Origin: an uncultured delta proteobacterium
GTDB taxonomy: Bacteria > Desulfobacterota > Binatia > UBA9968
Length of the DNA: 64,000 nt
Assembly: GCA_963840855.1 (NCBI GenBank)
Contig: CAWJBB010000080.1
Location: 1 to 64,000, forward strand
Direction of reading: 5' to 3'
Shown here: in pieces, positions 19,737 to 29,622 of the stretch
Layout: every line of letters starts with the position of its first letter
Position numbering within the stretch: position 1 is the first letter of the stretch
Notes under the pieces: model-generated
The model's database searches: none
Told to the model about the DNA's origin: nothing
What the model saw: the letters and a program-made list of their open reading frames with translations, nothing else
Made by a program: the position numbers and the translations under genes

Positions 19737-20492
19737 ATGAGTTCGTCCACGATCTGGAATCCTGAAGTTTACGCCGAGAATGCCCGTTTCGTATCTGACC
19801 TTGGCGCGCCGTTGCTCGAACTGTTGGATTGCAAACCTGGCGAGATGATTTTGGACCTGGGCTGCGGCGACGGCGCCCTGACCGAAAAAATCGCCGGTGC
19901 CGGCTGTGGTGTGCTCGGCGCCGATACTAGCCTTGGCCAAATCCAAGCCGCAAAAAAGCGGGGATTGGACGTGGTCGTTATGGACGGCCAACGGCTCTCT
20001 CTCAAAAGTCGCTTTGACGCGGTCTTTAGCAACGCCGCGTTGCACTGGATGAAACGGACGAAAAGCGTCGTAGCAGGCGTCGCGAGTTGCCTCAAACCCG
20101 GCGGACGCTTCGTCGGCGAGTTTGGCGGCAAGGGCAACGTAGAAAAGATTCGCGCGGCTCTGCACCAGGGCTTGCGCCGGCGTGGCATCGACCCCTGGAC
20201 GGTGGATCCCTGGTATTACGCCGCGCTGGAAGAGTACTCGAAACTCCTGACGGCCTACGGTTTTCGGGTCGGCTATATCGAACTGATCCCCCGCCCGACC
20301 ATGCTCCCGGGAGACATTCTTGGCTGGCTGGAAGTCTTCGCCCAGCCATTCACGAAAGCGGTCGCAGAAGCGGAGCGAAGGGACTTCCTCCAGGAAGTTC
20401 GGAGAGCCCTCCAGCCGCACCTGCAAGATCCGGACGGCGCTTGGTCCGCAGACTACGTGCGCTTGCGCTTCAAAGCCGTGAAACGGTCCTGA
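19737..20492 (+). CDS. Class I SAM methyltransferase (trans-aconitate MT-like)
   Basis: LDLGCGDG, FDAVFSNAALHW, DYVRLRF. Confidence 0.9.
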   Translation: MSSSTIWNPEVYAENARFVSDLGAPLLELLDCKPGEMILDLGCGDGALTEKIAGAGCGVLGADTSLGQIQAAKKRGLDVVVMDGQRLSLKSRFDAVFSNAALHWMKRTKSVVAGVASCLKPGGRFVGEFGGKGNVEKIRAALHQGLRRRGIDPWTVDPWYYAALEEYSKLLTAYGFRVGYIELIPRPTMLPGDILGWLEVFAQPFTKAVAEAERRDFLQEVRRALQPHLQDPDGAWSADYVRLRFKAVKRS

Positions 20493-20534
20493 CGAGTCGA
20501 GGCTCGAATGGCGCCGAGACCGTCCGGCTCATCT

Positions 20535-20573
20535 GTTTGAACGATTTGAACGGCTTGAACTGTTTGAACGTTT
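20535..20573. repeat. TTGAAC micro-array, 9-bp period
   Basis: TTGAAC at 20537, 20546, 20555, 20564; abuts the TAA of the minus-strand methyltransferase. Confidence 0.85.
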
Positions 20574-21346
20574 TTAAAGCCGAAACCCGCCGTAAACCAC
20601 AGTCGTGGCAAACTTCCAAAAGCAGTCCACGTCTTCGAAGCCCGCTTCTTTCAGCCACAGCTAGCTCTTCGTCCAGATAGCCGTTGTTATGCGGCCCGTG
20701 GTAGGTGCTCGGCGATGCGGCGCGAACCTCGGCTAGATTAGTCTTGCCGCCGCTGGATTCGCGCACGAAGTGATCGAGATAGCCATCGCGGGCTGCACGG
20801 TAGCGCTCGCCCAGAGACTTAGTTGCGCCGCGCACGTTGTCGGCGTTGATGAAGCGGCCGCCGGGGCGGACCAACGAAAAGACTTCCTTGAAGATAAAGC
20901 GCCGCCTCTGGTTCTCGGTGAAATGGTGCAGCGCGCGCGATGAAATTACCGCGTCGAAGTTTCCATCTACGGCTTTCAGCCAGTTTGCCGATTCAAGTGA
21001 TCCTTGAATAAATCTCATGCGAACCTTGAGGTCGGGATTGCGTTCTTCGCCGAGCTTCAGCATCGCCTCGGATGTCCAGACACACGGCGATGGCGCTGGG
21101 TCGTTCTTTCAGCGCCGCCGCCGCCAGAGCACCGTATCCCGCGCCGATATCGAGAACACGGATTGGCGCCTCGATGGGATGCGGGATCATACCCAGCACC
21201 ATCGCCACCTGCGCCTCCCGAATGGGCGCCTGCCAGCCGCCCTTGGTTGCCCAACGCTCAACGAATTCGCGGCTGCCCCAAGTTTCCCGCCATGCGTTAT
21301 CCGAGCTCGTTCTAACTGAGGGGTTCTCCGTCACAATCACCTCCAA
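20574..21346 (-). pseudogene. Class I SAM methyltransferase broken by two frameshifts (about 21072 and 20660)
   Basis: VLDIGAGYG..CLD / SEAML..FDAVISSRALHH..PGG..INAD / WLKEAGFEDVDCFWK...GFRL* in successive frames. Confidence 0.75.
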
Positions 21347-21473
21347 ATCGCAATATGATTCTCTCTTAGCTAACTCCCCGGGTCACACCTGTCAACGCCA
21401 GCGGCACATCGGCGCTTGAAAACAGGGCCGGACTGCTGCTAAGCCGTTAACAGATTTACTCACTGGAGGATCC

Positions 21474-21806
21474 ATGCAGTTTTGCAGAATCTATACCGGC
21501 GCCGATGGCAAGTCCCGTTTCGAGGAGTTGGATCAGAACGCAGGTGGGCAATTTTTCCTGACGAATATCACGGCGAAAACACTGGTTTTCAAGAACGACT
21601 TCAACCGCGACGATCTCCACGGCTGGCATAACGCGCCGCGCCGCCAATGGTGCATTACGTTGTCCGGGTCCGTCGCAATCGGCATCGGCAACGGAACCGT
21701 GAAGACCTTTGGACCGGGAGACGTCTTTCTTGCCGAAGATGTTGCCGGCCAAGGCCATACCGCGGTGCCGAAGAATTGGGTGCGGGCTTTCATACATTTG
21801 GAATAA
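21474..21806 (+). CDS. Small cupin-fold protein
   Basis: WHNAPRRQW.ITLSG, FGPGDVFLAED..GQGH; GGAGG RBS. Confidence 0.8.
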   Translation: MQFCRIYTGADGKSRFEELDQNAGGQFFLTNITAKTLVFKNDFNRDDLHGWHNAPRRQWCITLSGSVAIGIGNGTVKTFGPGDVFLAEDVAGQGHTAVPKNWVRAFIHLE

Positions 21807-21835
21807 AGTCAGGGCAAAGACAGGAGGATACCATC

Positions 21836-22273
21836 ATGGCAGCGGAGTTTATCGATATTCTCAAGATGGGCGAACTGGATATCGGACATAGCAAAAAAGT
21901 CCTTTTTACCTCGGATCATTTTCATACCTGGGTGCACGGCGATTATCCGGGCACCAAGGGGCCCATGCACAAGCACACCGCCGACCAGCAATTCTACTGC
22001 GCCAGAGGCGAATGCACGTTTCACTTTCCGGATGGCTCGTCGCAGCAGCTGACACCGGGCATGCTGGTTACCATCCCCGCCGGCCAGCTTTATCAACTCG
22101 ACAACACCGGTGATGAGTACATGATTCTCCTCGGCGCCCGGGCGGAACCGGCCGGGAATCCGCGCTTCAGCGCAAGCGACCGCGAGGTGGGCCACGGCGA
22201 TTTCGCGCAAAGAAATCTCGACAAAATCAAAGCCCCTGAAGAAAAGAAAGCCAAAGCGCGGGCACAGTCGTGA
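21836..22273 (+). CDS. Cupin domain protein
   Basis: MHKHTADQQF, LTPGMLVTIPAG; AGGAGG RBS. Confidence 0.8.
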   Translation: MAAEFIDILKMGELDIGHSKKVLFTSDHFHTWVHGDYPGTKGPMHKHTADQQFYCARGECTFHFPDGSSQQLTPGMLVTIPAGQLYQLDNTGDEYMILLGARAEPAGNPRFSASDREVGHGDFAQRNLDKIKAPEEKKAKARAQS

Positions 22274-22330
22274 CCGCGCGAAGAAATTCGCCGGCAGACG
22301 GTTAAATAAGCTGGCCGATCAGGAGTAGGT

Positions 22331-22915
22331 ATGACCGCCACACAACACTTGCCCGTATTCGAGAAATTTATTCAAGACCTTCGCGCTGCGTGGGCCGAAT
22401 GTCCGGACGTAGAATCGCGCATGAAGAAAGGCGCCGAACTATTGGAAAGTCTGGTCAACGATGAAACGATGCGCGCGGCCGCCAAAAGCTGGCCGTCCAC
22501 GGAAGGAAGAAAAAACTTGCTCTTCTATGAAGACCCCGATTATGGCTTCGCCATCAACGGCGTCGTGCGCCTTGCGCGCCGCACAGGCAGCATTCACGAC
22601 CACGCTCATGCCTGGACCGCATACGGCGTGCTTGACGGCACGGAAAGCCTCGAACGCTTCCGTCGCGTCGACGATGAACACAAGGAAGGCTATGCGAAAT
22701 TGGAATTGACAAGCGTCACCGAAGGAAAGGCCGGAAAAGTGGATTTGGTCCCGCCCTTCGACATCCACGCTGAACAAGGCGGCCCCACGCGCTCAGTAGC
22801 CGTAATCCTCCGATCCGAACGCGTCGCCGGAAAAGTCTTGCAGGGCAGTTACGACAACGAGAACCACACCGTGCGCCGGATCGAAGGACCGACGAATATT
22901 CCCTACAAAATTTAA
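22331..22915 (+). CDS. Cysteine/thiol dioxygenase-like cupin
   Basis: LFYEDPDYGF, IHDH..AW..YGVLDG.E, PPFDIH (three His). Confidence 0.7.
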   Translation: MTATQHLPVFEKFIQDLRAAWAECPDVESRMKKGAELLESLVNDETMRAAAKSWPSTEGRKNLLFYEDPDYGFAINGVVRLARRTGSIHDHAHAWTAYGVLDGTESLERFRRVDDEHKEGYAKLELTSVTEGKAGKVDLVPPFDIHAEQGGPTRSVAVILRSERVAGKVLQGSYDNENHTVRRIEGPTNIPYKI

Positions 22916-22923
22916 GACTCGTC

Positions 22924-22981
22924 GTTCAATCAAATAGTTTAAATCGTTCAAAGCGCCTCCGGATTGTTCGACGACTTGAAC
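22924..22981. repeat. Degenerate GTTCAA...TTGAAC element
   Basis: GTTCAA 22924, GTTTAA 22937, GTTCAA 22946, TTGAAC 22976. Confidence 0.65.
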
Positions 22982-23059
22982 CCGCGCTGGAGGACCTATG
23001 CCACGCAATAGTGTGCGTCGCCGTCGACTCGTCTATTTGTATCGGTAAAATAAATGTTA

Positions 23060-24284
23060 TTAGGCGCAGTCGAGCGCGGCGGCGAGATCGGCGATGAGAT
23101 CGGCGGTATCTTCAATGCCAACCGAGTAGCGGATCAAATTATCTTTGATACCGACCATGATACGTTCTTCGGTGCTCAGCTCATAGAAACTCATCAGCGC
23201 GGGCTGTTCGATCAAGCTTTCAACGCCACCAAGGGATGGAGCGATTTGCGGAATCCGGCAGGCGTCGACTACCCGCGAAGTTGCCTTGAGGTCGCCGGCT
23301 ATTTCAAAAGAAACCACACCGCCAAAGCCGTGCATCTGGCGCCGCGCGACATCGTGGTGGGGATGTGAAGGCAGCCCCGCATAATGCACCGCAGCGATCC
23401 TGGGGTGGGCTTCGAGAAATTCCGCGAGCGCCTGAGCGTTGGCGTTTTGCCGCGCAACCCGCAGCGCAAAGGTTTTGAGGCCGCGGACCAGCAGATAGGC
23501 GGCCAGTGGATCGATAATCGCGCCAGTGACGGCCTGCAAAGAGCGAATCCCATCGACCAAGTTCGGCAGAGCCGAGCACCGCGCCGGCGAGCAGATCGTT
23601 ATGGCCGCCGAGATATTTGGTTGCCGAGTGCATCACGATATCGACACCGAACTCCAGCGGCCGCTGGTTGAACGGCGTCGCAAAGGTCGCGTCGATCATC
23701 GTCTTGACGCGGTGTTTCGCGCCGATGCCGGCAAAGCGTTCCATGTCGACGATTCTGTTATAAGGATTGGTCGGTGATTCACTGACGAGCACTCGGGTCG
23801 TGGGCCGAATCGCTTCTTCCATCGCCTGATAGTCGCCCGCGGGCACGACCGACACCTCGATGCCGTAACGGTGGAGAATCTGGGTCAGGAATTGACGCGT
23901 GCGCCGGTAGGAGTCATCCGTTACGACCACATGAGAGCCATGTCCCAGCACCGCGTATAGCGTCGTCGTGACCGCGGCCATGCCGCTGGAGAAGAGCAAG
24001 CAATCTTCGGCGGCTTCTAGCGCGGCCAGCTTCTGCTCGGCGACGCGTTGCGTCGGATTCCCATAGCGGCCGTACTCTTCGCGCTCGATACGGCGTTGAA
24101 AATGGTCATGTAGCTCTTGTGTGTCGGCGAAAGTGTAGGTTGCCGTCTGGACGATGGGCGTCGCAAGGGAGTTGCCGAGTTTTGGCCGCGGCTCGCCGCC
24201 GTGCACGGCCAGGGTGCTGAAGCCGAGCGATTTTTCGCCGGAACCCCGGGCTGGGATGCCCGTCTTGTGCTGTGACTGACTCAT
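23060..24284 (-). pseudogene. metB: Cystathionine gamma-synthase (Cys/Met PLP enzyme) with a +1 frameshift near 23558
   Basis: [30 protein letters not shown], then VRGLKT..LR, SLGGVESL and RYSVGIE in a second frame. Confidence 0.8.
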
Positions 24285-25630
24285 TGCTGATCCAATAGTC
24301 GCACGCGCTCGACGTAGCGGGAGATCGCGTCGCTGATCTGCTTCGGGTCGGCGCTCGACTCGACTGGGCGATTGTATAGAGTTCCCTGGATACCTTCGAG
24401 GGTGCCGGCGTGATAGGCGATTTTCTGGTCCGCGAATTTGAGCCCATGCGCCGTCGAAATTACCACGACGCGATCATGTCCACGAATCACCTTGCGCCCT
24501 ACCATCTTGCGCAGTGCCGCCAGCGCTACGCCGGTATGCGGGCAATTGAACATGCCGGTGCGGTCCGCTCTGGCCACTTCTTCGGCCAGCTCCAGTTCGG
24601 AAGCCTGCTCCACCACGCCGTTAAAGCGCCGCAATGTCGCTATCGCCTTTTGAATGCTCACCGGATTGCCGATCTGAATCGCGCTGGCCAGGGTTCTGCG
24701 CGCAGTAATCGGCTCAAAGTGCTCGAATTGTTTCAAGTAGGAAAGATAAAAGGGATTTGCGTTCTCCGCCTGGGCGACGCAGATGCGCGGCAGCTTGGAA
24801 ATCAGACCCAGGTCGCGCAACATCAAAAATCCCTTGCCTATGGCGCTGACGTTGCCGAGATTGCCGCCTGGCAGGATCACCCAATCCGGCACTTCCCAAT
24901 CGAACTGCTGAACGATTTCTACGGCGATGGTTTTTTGTCCCTCGATGCGCAGGCTGTTCATCGAATTGGCTAAATAGATATGCTTGTGCCGTGTGACTTC
25001 TTGCACGGCGGCCATGCAACCATCGAAATCTGTGTCGAGGGACAACACTAACGCCCCGTTGGCGAGCGGTTGCACGAGCTGCGCCGGCGAAACCTTGTCG
25101 CGCGGTAAGAACACCACGGTGGGAATCCCCGCCGCCGCGCCATACGAGGCGAGCGCCGCCGATGTGTCTCCCGTCGAGGCGCAAGCGACGGCATCGATGG
25201 GCTCGCCGTTGGCGATCATTTGATTAACCACCGAGACCAACACAGTCATACCGAGGTCCTTAAAAGAGCCGGTGTGCGAATTGCCGCATTGTTTAACCCA
25301 GAGATCTTCCAGGTGAAGCTGCTTGCCGTAACGGTTCGCCCAGAACAGATTGGTGTTGCCCTCGCACATGGAGACGATGTTGGCGTCGTCGATAAAAGGA
25401 ACGACCCATTCCTTCTTCGCCCAGACCCCGGATCCATACGGGTACACGTTCTGGCCCAAGCGATCATCGAACAGCTTGATCCAAGCCGCCGCGGCCCTGG
25501 CCGCCAGTGCATCCATATCGTGACGCACCTCGAGCAGGCCGGCGCATTTCGGACACCGATAGATAATCTCCAAGAGGCTATATTGCCCTGGACAATCGTT
25601 TATGCACTGAAACCATGCGTTATAACTCAT
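24281..25630 (-). CDS. thrC: Threonine synthase
   Basis: [40 protein letters not shown]. Confidence 0.95.
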   Translation of the reverse strand: MSYNAWFQCINDCPGQYSLLEIIYRCPKCAGLLEVRHDMDALAARAAAAWIKLFDDRLGQNVYPYGSGVWAKKEWVVPFIDDANIVSMCEGNTNLFWANRYGKQLHLEDLWVKQCGNSHTGSFKDLGMTVLVSVVNQMIANGEPIDAVACASTGDTSAALASYGAAAGIPTVVFLPRDKVSPAQLVQPLANGALVLSLDTDFDGCMAAVQEVTRHKHIYLANSMNSLRIEGQKTIAVEIVQQFDWEVPDWVILPGGNLGNVSAIGKGFLMLRDLGLISKLPRICVAQAENANPFYLSYLKQFEHFEPITARRTLASAIQIGNPVSIQKAIATLRRFNGVVEQASELELAEEVARADRTGMFNCPHTGVALAALRKMVGRKVIRGHDRVVVISTAHGLKFADQKIAYHAGTLEGIQGTLYNRPVESSADPKQISDAISRYVERVRLLDQQ

Positions 25631-26162
25631 GACTCAAAACTTTCTCCGCCTCCGGAGCAAGGCTGCGAACCATAGTTTTTCCGTTGCCTCAGATCCAGTT
25701 GTTCGAGTCCGTCACTGCTGCTCCTATCTTGCCTACGTTGGCAGTTTTTTTTCAAATGGTTTCTTAGGAGACGCTTTGTTTGCTTGGTTTCTTGCGCATG
25801 AATGAGCGAAAACGATGGCTACAGCCACCGCGGCCGGTACTAATCCACTCAGCCGTAATCCAAACGGTGAAGCTCTTCCCCAACACCCGTGTCTCTTTTT
25901 CCCTTCAGGTTACCCATACTGAGCTAATCACCGACGCTGGTGGAGATCAACTTCAAATTCAGATTTCGTGAAGAGGCCGCCGTCTGTTCAAATTTTTTGG
26001 CGCACAGCTACTCGGTGTCTGTAGTAGCGAATAACTCAATAATTTTCAGCACTGTTGATTCGACTGGCCGGTGGATTGGAATGCCTTCCTGTGCGAACTT
26101 ACGAATTGACGAGCGCTCCGACGAAATCATCTGGCACTACAAAGCAAAGAATGTAGACAATT

Positions 26163-26177
26163 TGGTACGTATTTTGC
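26163..26177 (+). promoter_or_regulatory. sigma54-like promoter
   Basis: TGGTACGTATTTTGC (GG-N10-GC) upstream of the fragmented surface-protein gene. Confidence 0.5.
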
Positions 26178-26507
26178 CTTAAGAGCAGAAGCAAATCAAA
26201 ATCCTAATCCAACAGCCGTGAATATTCATCGATTATTCAGCGCCTGGCGGGTGGATTCGCGTGTGACGACAACCTAGCTCGTTTGATTGTGCGATTGCGG
26301 CATTACTCGCATACCTAGTAGCGTTCTAAAATTTTCTTGCAGTGCAGGCAACTCGGAACGAGCTTTATTGTCTATCGCACTCGCAATCGGTCATAAAGCT
26401 GCGCCTAACTGATAAGGAGCGGCCATCGAAGGACGGCCCGAGCGCGATCGAGCGCTATTCATATCGGCGACCAGCGCGGGACCGTCACCAGGGTGGAGGA
26501 GAGATTA

Positions 26508-28215
26508 ATGACTCGGAGCCTGAACGTGAGTCTATGCCCTTTCGTGATTCTTGTTGCTCTTGTGGGATTAGCAAGTGGGCTGAGCGAAGCCGTGGCCGCC
26601 GATATCACGTTGTCATGGACTGACAACTCCAACAACGAAAGCGGGTTTTTGATCCAGCGGAAAACCGGAACCAGCGGAACATTCGCCCAGATCGCCACCG
26701 TAGGGACAAACGTTAGATCCTATGTTGATAGCGGGCTTGCGGCGGCGACCACTTTCTGCTACCGGGTACGCGCGTTTAACTCAGCCGGCAATTCGGCATT
26801 CACACCTGAAGGATGCAAGACTACGCCTGGCGGCACGCCGCCGGCCGGCGCCAGTACGGTTTTTCTCGAGGCGGAAAAGGGCATCCTGTAAGCACTCCCC
26901 GATGGTAATCCGATCACTGATAGTAAGGCATTCTAATGGAAAGTTCGTGGAAGTGACCGACAGGAAATGGCTAATAACTATAATGACGCCACCAGAGCCG
27001 ACGGCCCTCGGAGAGGCTAAGGATTTACGGTCAGTATTTCCCAAGCAGGAACCCGCGCCCTGTCGGGCTCGGACCGATTGCGTCAAGCAACAGCGATTCT
27101 TTCTACGTCACCAGAAACGGCGACACTCGTCAAACAATGGTCGGTGCCCCCAAGCACTACTTGCGACAATGGAACAAGATTGCAAATTTATCGCTCGCGA
27201 GCAGGTAATGTCAATCTTGCGTTTCAGACAACGATGAAGATGGCGACGAAGCTGTGATCAGAGTTATTGCTGCACGCAGTGATCGTCGGTTTTATTCCAG
27301 GCCAATCCGCCCCGGCCTTGGCGACTCTCGCAATCGCTGAAAGCTACGATTTATCGATCAGCGTCGTAAAGACTCTTACGAAAAGTGGATCAGGGAACGG
27401 TACGGTAACCACCTCGCCTGGTGGCATCACTTGCGACAGCAACTGTGCTGCGCGCCTATAGTGCCGGTACCGTTCATTAAATTGATCGCCACCCCGGCAG
27501 CCGGTTCGGTCTTTGCCGGCTGGAGCGGCAATGCCGCTTGCAACAACGGCGCAGTCACCATGAACGCCGACATCGCTTGCACCGCAACTTTCAGTCCGCA
27601 AACTCTTGGCCTTAACGTGATCAAATCGGGAAATGGGAACGGCACGTGTAATATCCAGTCCGTCCGGGATCACTTGCGGCAGCGATTGCTCCGAGTCTTA
27701 CGCTAGCGGCGCATCCAGTCAAGCTGACTGCGACCGCATGCCTCTGGTTCCGTCTTTAGAGGTTGGAGTGGCGGTGAATGCGAGCCAACGGCAATCAACT
27801 TGTACGGAGGTTGTAAATGGCAGCACTCGATACTTGCTTCTCGAAGTTTGGCACCGCTAGCGACCTAGCGGTGGTTGGCGACTGGGACGGCGCCGGAACC
27901 GGTAAAATAGGTGTTTTTGACGCGAGTAAGGGCACTTGGCTGATAGATTATAACGGCAATGGAATATGGGACGGCTGTAACATAGACAAATGTATTTCAA
28001 ATTTTGGTCAATCAAATGATCTTCCGGTTGCGGGTAACTGGGACGGCACAGGAAGGGCAGGGATAGGCATATTTCGTCCGAGCACCGGTGAATGGTTCTT
28101 GGATAGAAACGCTAATGGACGATTGGACGGTTGCGCGGTCGATACCTGCATCAACTCCTTTGGCCTAGACGGAGACTTTCCCGTGGTCGGAAAGTGGGGA
28201 CTAGCTTTAGATTAG
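26508..28215 (+). pseudogene. Fragmented secreted/surface protein: FN3 domain, probable carbohydrate-binding module, 2 InlB-B-like repeats, GDWDG (FG-GAP/VCBS-like) repeats
   Basis: LSWTDNSNNESGF..YRVRAFNSAG; KSGSGNGTV...GITC..C; ATPAAGSVFAGWSG; VVGDWDG, PVAGNWDG and PVVGKW spread over several frames. Confidence 0.75.
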
Positions 28216-28649
28216 ACTGATTTGCCGCTAATTCACCCGCCCGTGCGGCCACCGCGCGTTGTCCTTGAAATTTTTTTCCTTTCGGTTTCGGAACATATTT
28301 TCTCACCCCCAGCTCTCGACCAACTTCGCTGAACTTGTAAGACCGGTTTTTAGATGAATCTCATCATGTGCGACAGCTCCGTATTCCGCCAAGAGCTAGA
28401 CGCAACCCTTCCGTAAGCGAATTCAATCGGACCCTGCCTCAGCGACATCGATCACGGTTTGTCGCAGAGATTTATTTTTCCAACAATGAGGTCCGAAACA
28501 TCTAAACGACTTTCACTTTCAGAGTTACGTGCCTTCTACTCGGCTTCGTTAAACTTGGTCACACCGGTTCTCAGGATGGATGAAACTGGACATTTCAACT
28601 CCCTTCAAGTATGGGGAGGTGAATAGAACGAGAGCGGAAAGGAGCGGAC

Positions 28650-29591
28650 ATGGGCACGACACTGATAACGGGTTTAGGTTTGGTCGGCACTTCTTACGCG
28701 CAAAACGCGCTCAAGCGCGGCGAGAAGGTGGTTTTTTACGACGTCGCGCCGCGAAAAGATTTTCTTGCGCACAAACTGGGCGGCGCCGATGTTACCGTCG
28801 TGCAGCGGGATATCCGTGATTTGCCGTCGCTGATTGAAACGATTCAGAAATACAAGTGCGACACGGTCCTTCACACCGCCGGTCTGATCGGCGGCAAAGT
28901 CGCGCAACCCGTTTATACCGGCCTGCAAATCAACGTTATGGGCACGATCAACGTCGCCGAAGCGGTGCGCCTCACCGGCGTCAAACGTCTCGTGCAGATC
29001 AGCACCTTCGGCATCTATGACCGGCGCCAAGGCGAACCCCACCCGATTGACGAAGATTTTCGCCGCGGACCGGGCGAGCCCTATGGTAACTCGAAGGTGG
29101 CCAAGGAGTTGATGGTGGAGGCGTATCAGCGCATGTTTGGCTTCGAGTTGATAGTGTTACGCCTAGCCAACGTTTACGGCGTCGGTCACTTCGCCGGCGG
29201 CTCCGGCGGCGGCGAGATGGTGCAAAACATGCTTCAGACGGGCATCAAAGGCGGCGTGGTGAAAATCGCCCAGGAAGTGGCCCGCGATTTTGAATACGTT
29301 TATTACAAAGACCTGGGCCGCGCCCTCGACAAGGCGGCTACGACTCCGCTCAAAGAGCCCGTGACACTTAATATCGGAACCGGCGTCGTTATTCCATTCG
29401 ATGACCTCGTCGCCACCGCGGAAAAGCTACTGCCGAAACTGCAAGTCGAAATCATTCCAGGAACCAAGCCGCGCTCGGCGAAGCAGCCGATGGTCATCAA
29501 GAAAGCCAAAGAAGTACTCGGCTGGCAGCCGGATTTCGCCATCGAGGCGGGTTTCAAGGATTATATCGAGGAACTAAAAGCGCTCGGATAA
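28650..29591 (+). CDS. NAD-dependent epimerase/dehydratase
   Basis: ITGLGLVG, HTAG, YGNSK, LRLANVYG. Confidence 0.9.
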   Translation: MGTTLITGLGLVGTSYAQNALKRGEKVVFYDVAPRKDFLAHKLGGADVTVVQRDIRDLPSLIETIQKYKCDTVLHTAGLIGGKVAQPVYTGLQINVMGTINVAEAVRLTGVKRLVQISTFGIYDRRQGEPHPIDEDFRRGPGEPYGNSKVAKELMVEAYQRMFGFELIVLRLANVYGVGHFAGGSGGGEMVQNMLQTGIKGGVVKIAQEVARDFEYVYYKDLGRALDKAATTPLKEPVTLNIGTGVVIPFDDLVATAEKLLPKLQVEIIPGTKPRSAKQPMVIKKAKEVLGWQPDFAIEAGFKDYIEELKALG

Positions 29592-29622
29592 ATTAACCGG
29601 ACAGAGCGCGGCAACGGCGGAA

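Noticed and set aside
23545-23570. Programmed frameshift in metB
   Set aside because: No slippery heptamer or homopolymer; a single extra base fits error or mutation
25631-25790. SAM riboswitch or attenuator upstream of thrC-metB
   Set aside because: No SAM-I consensus elements or Thr/Met-rich leader peptide recognised
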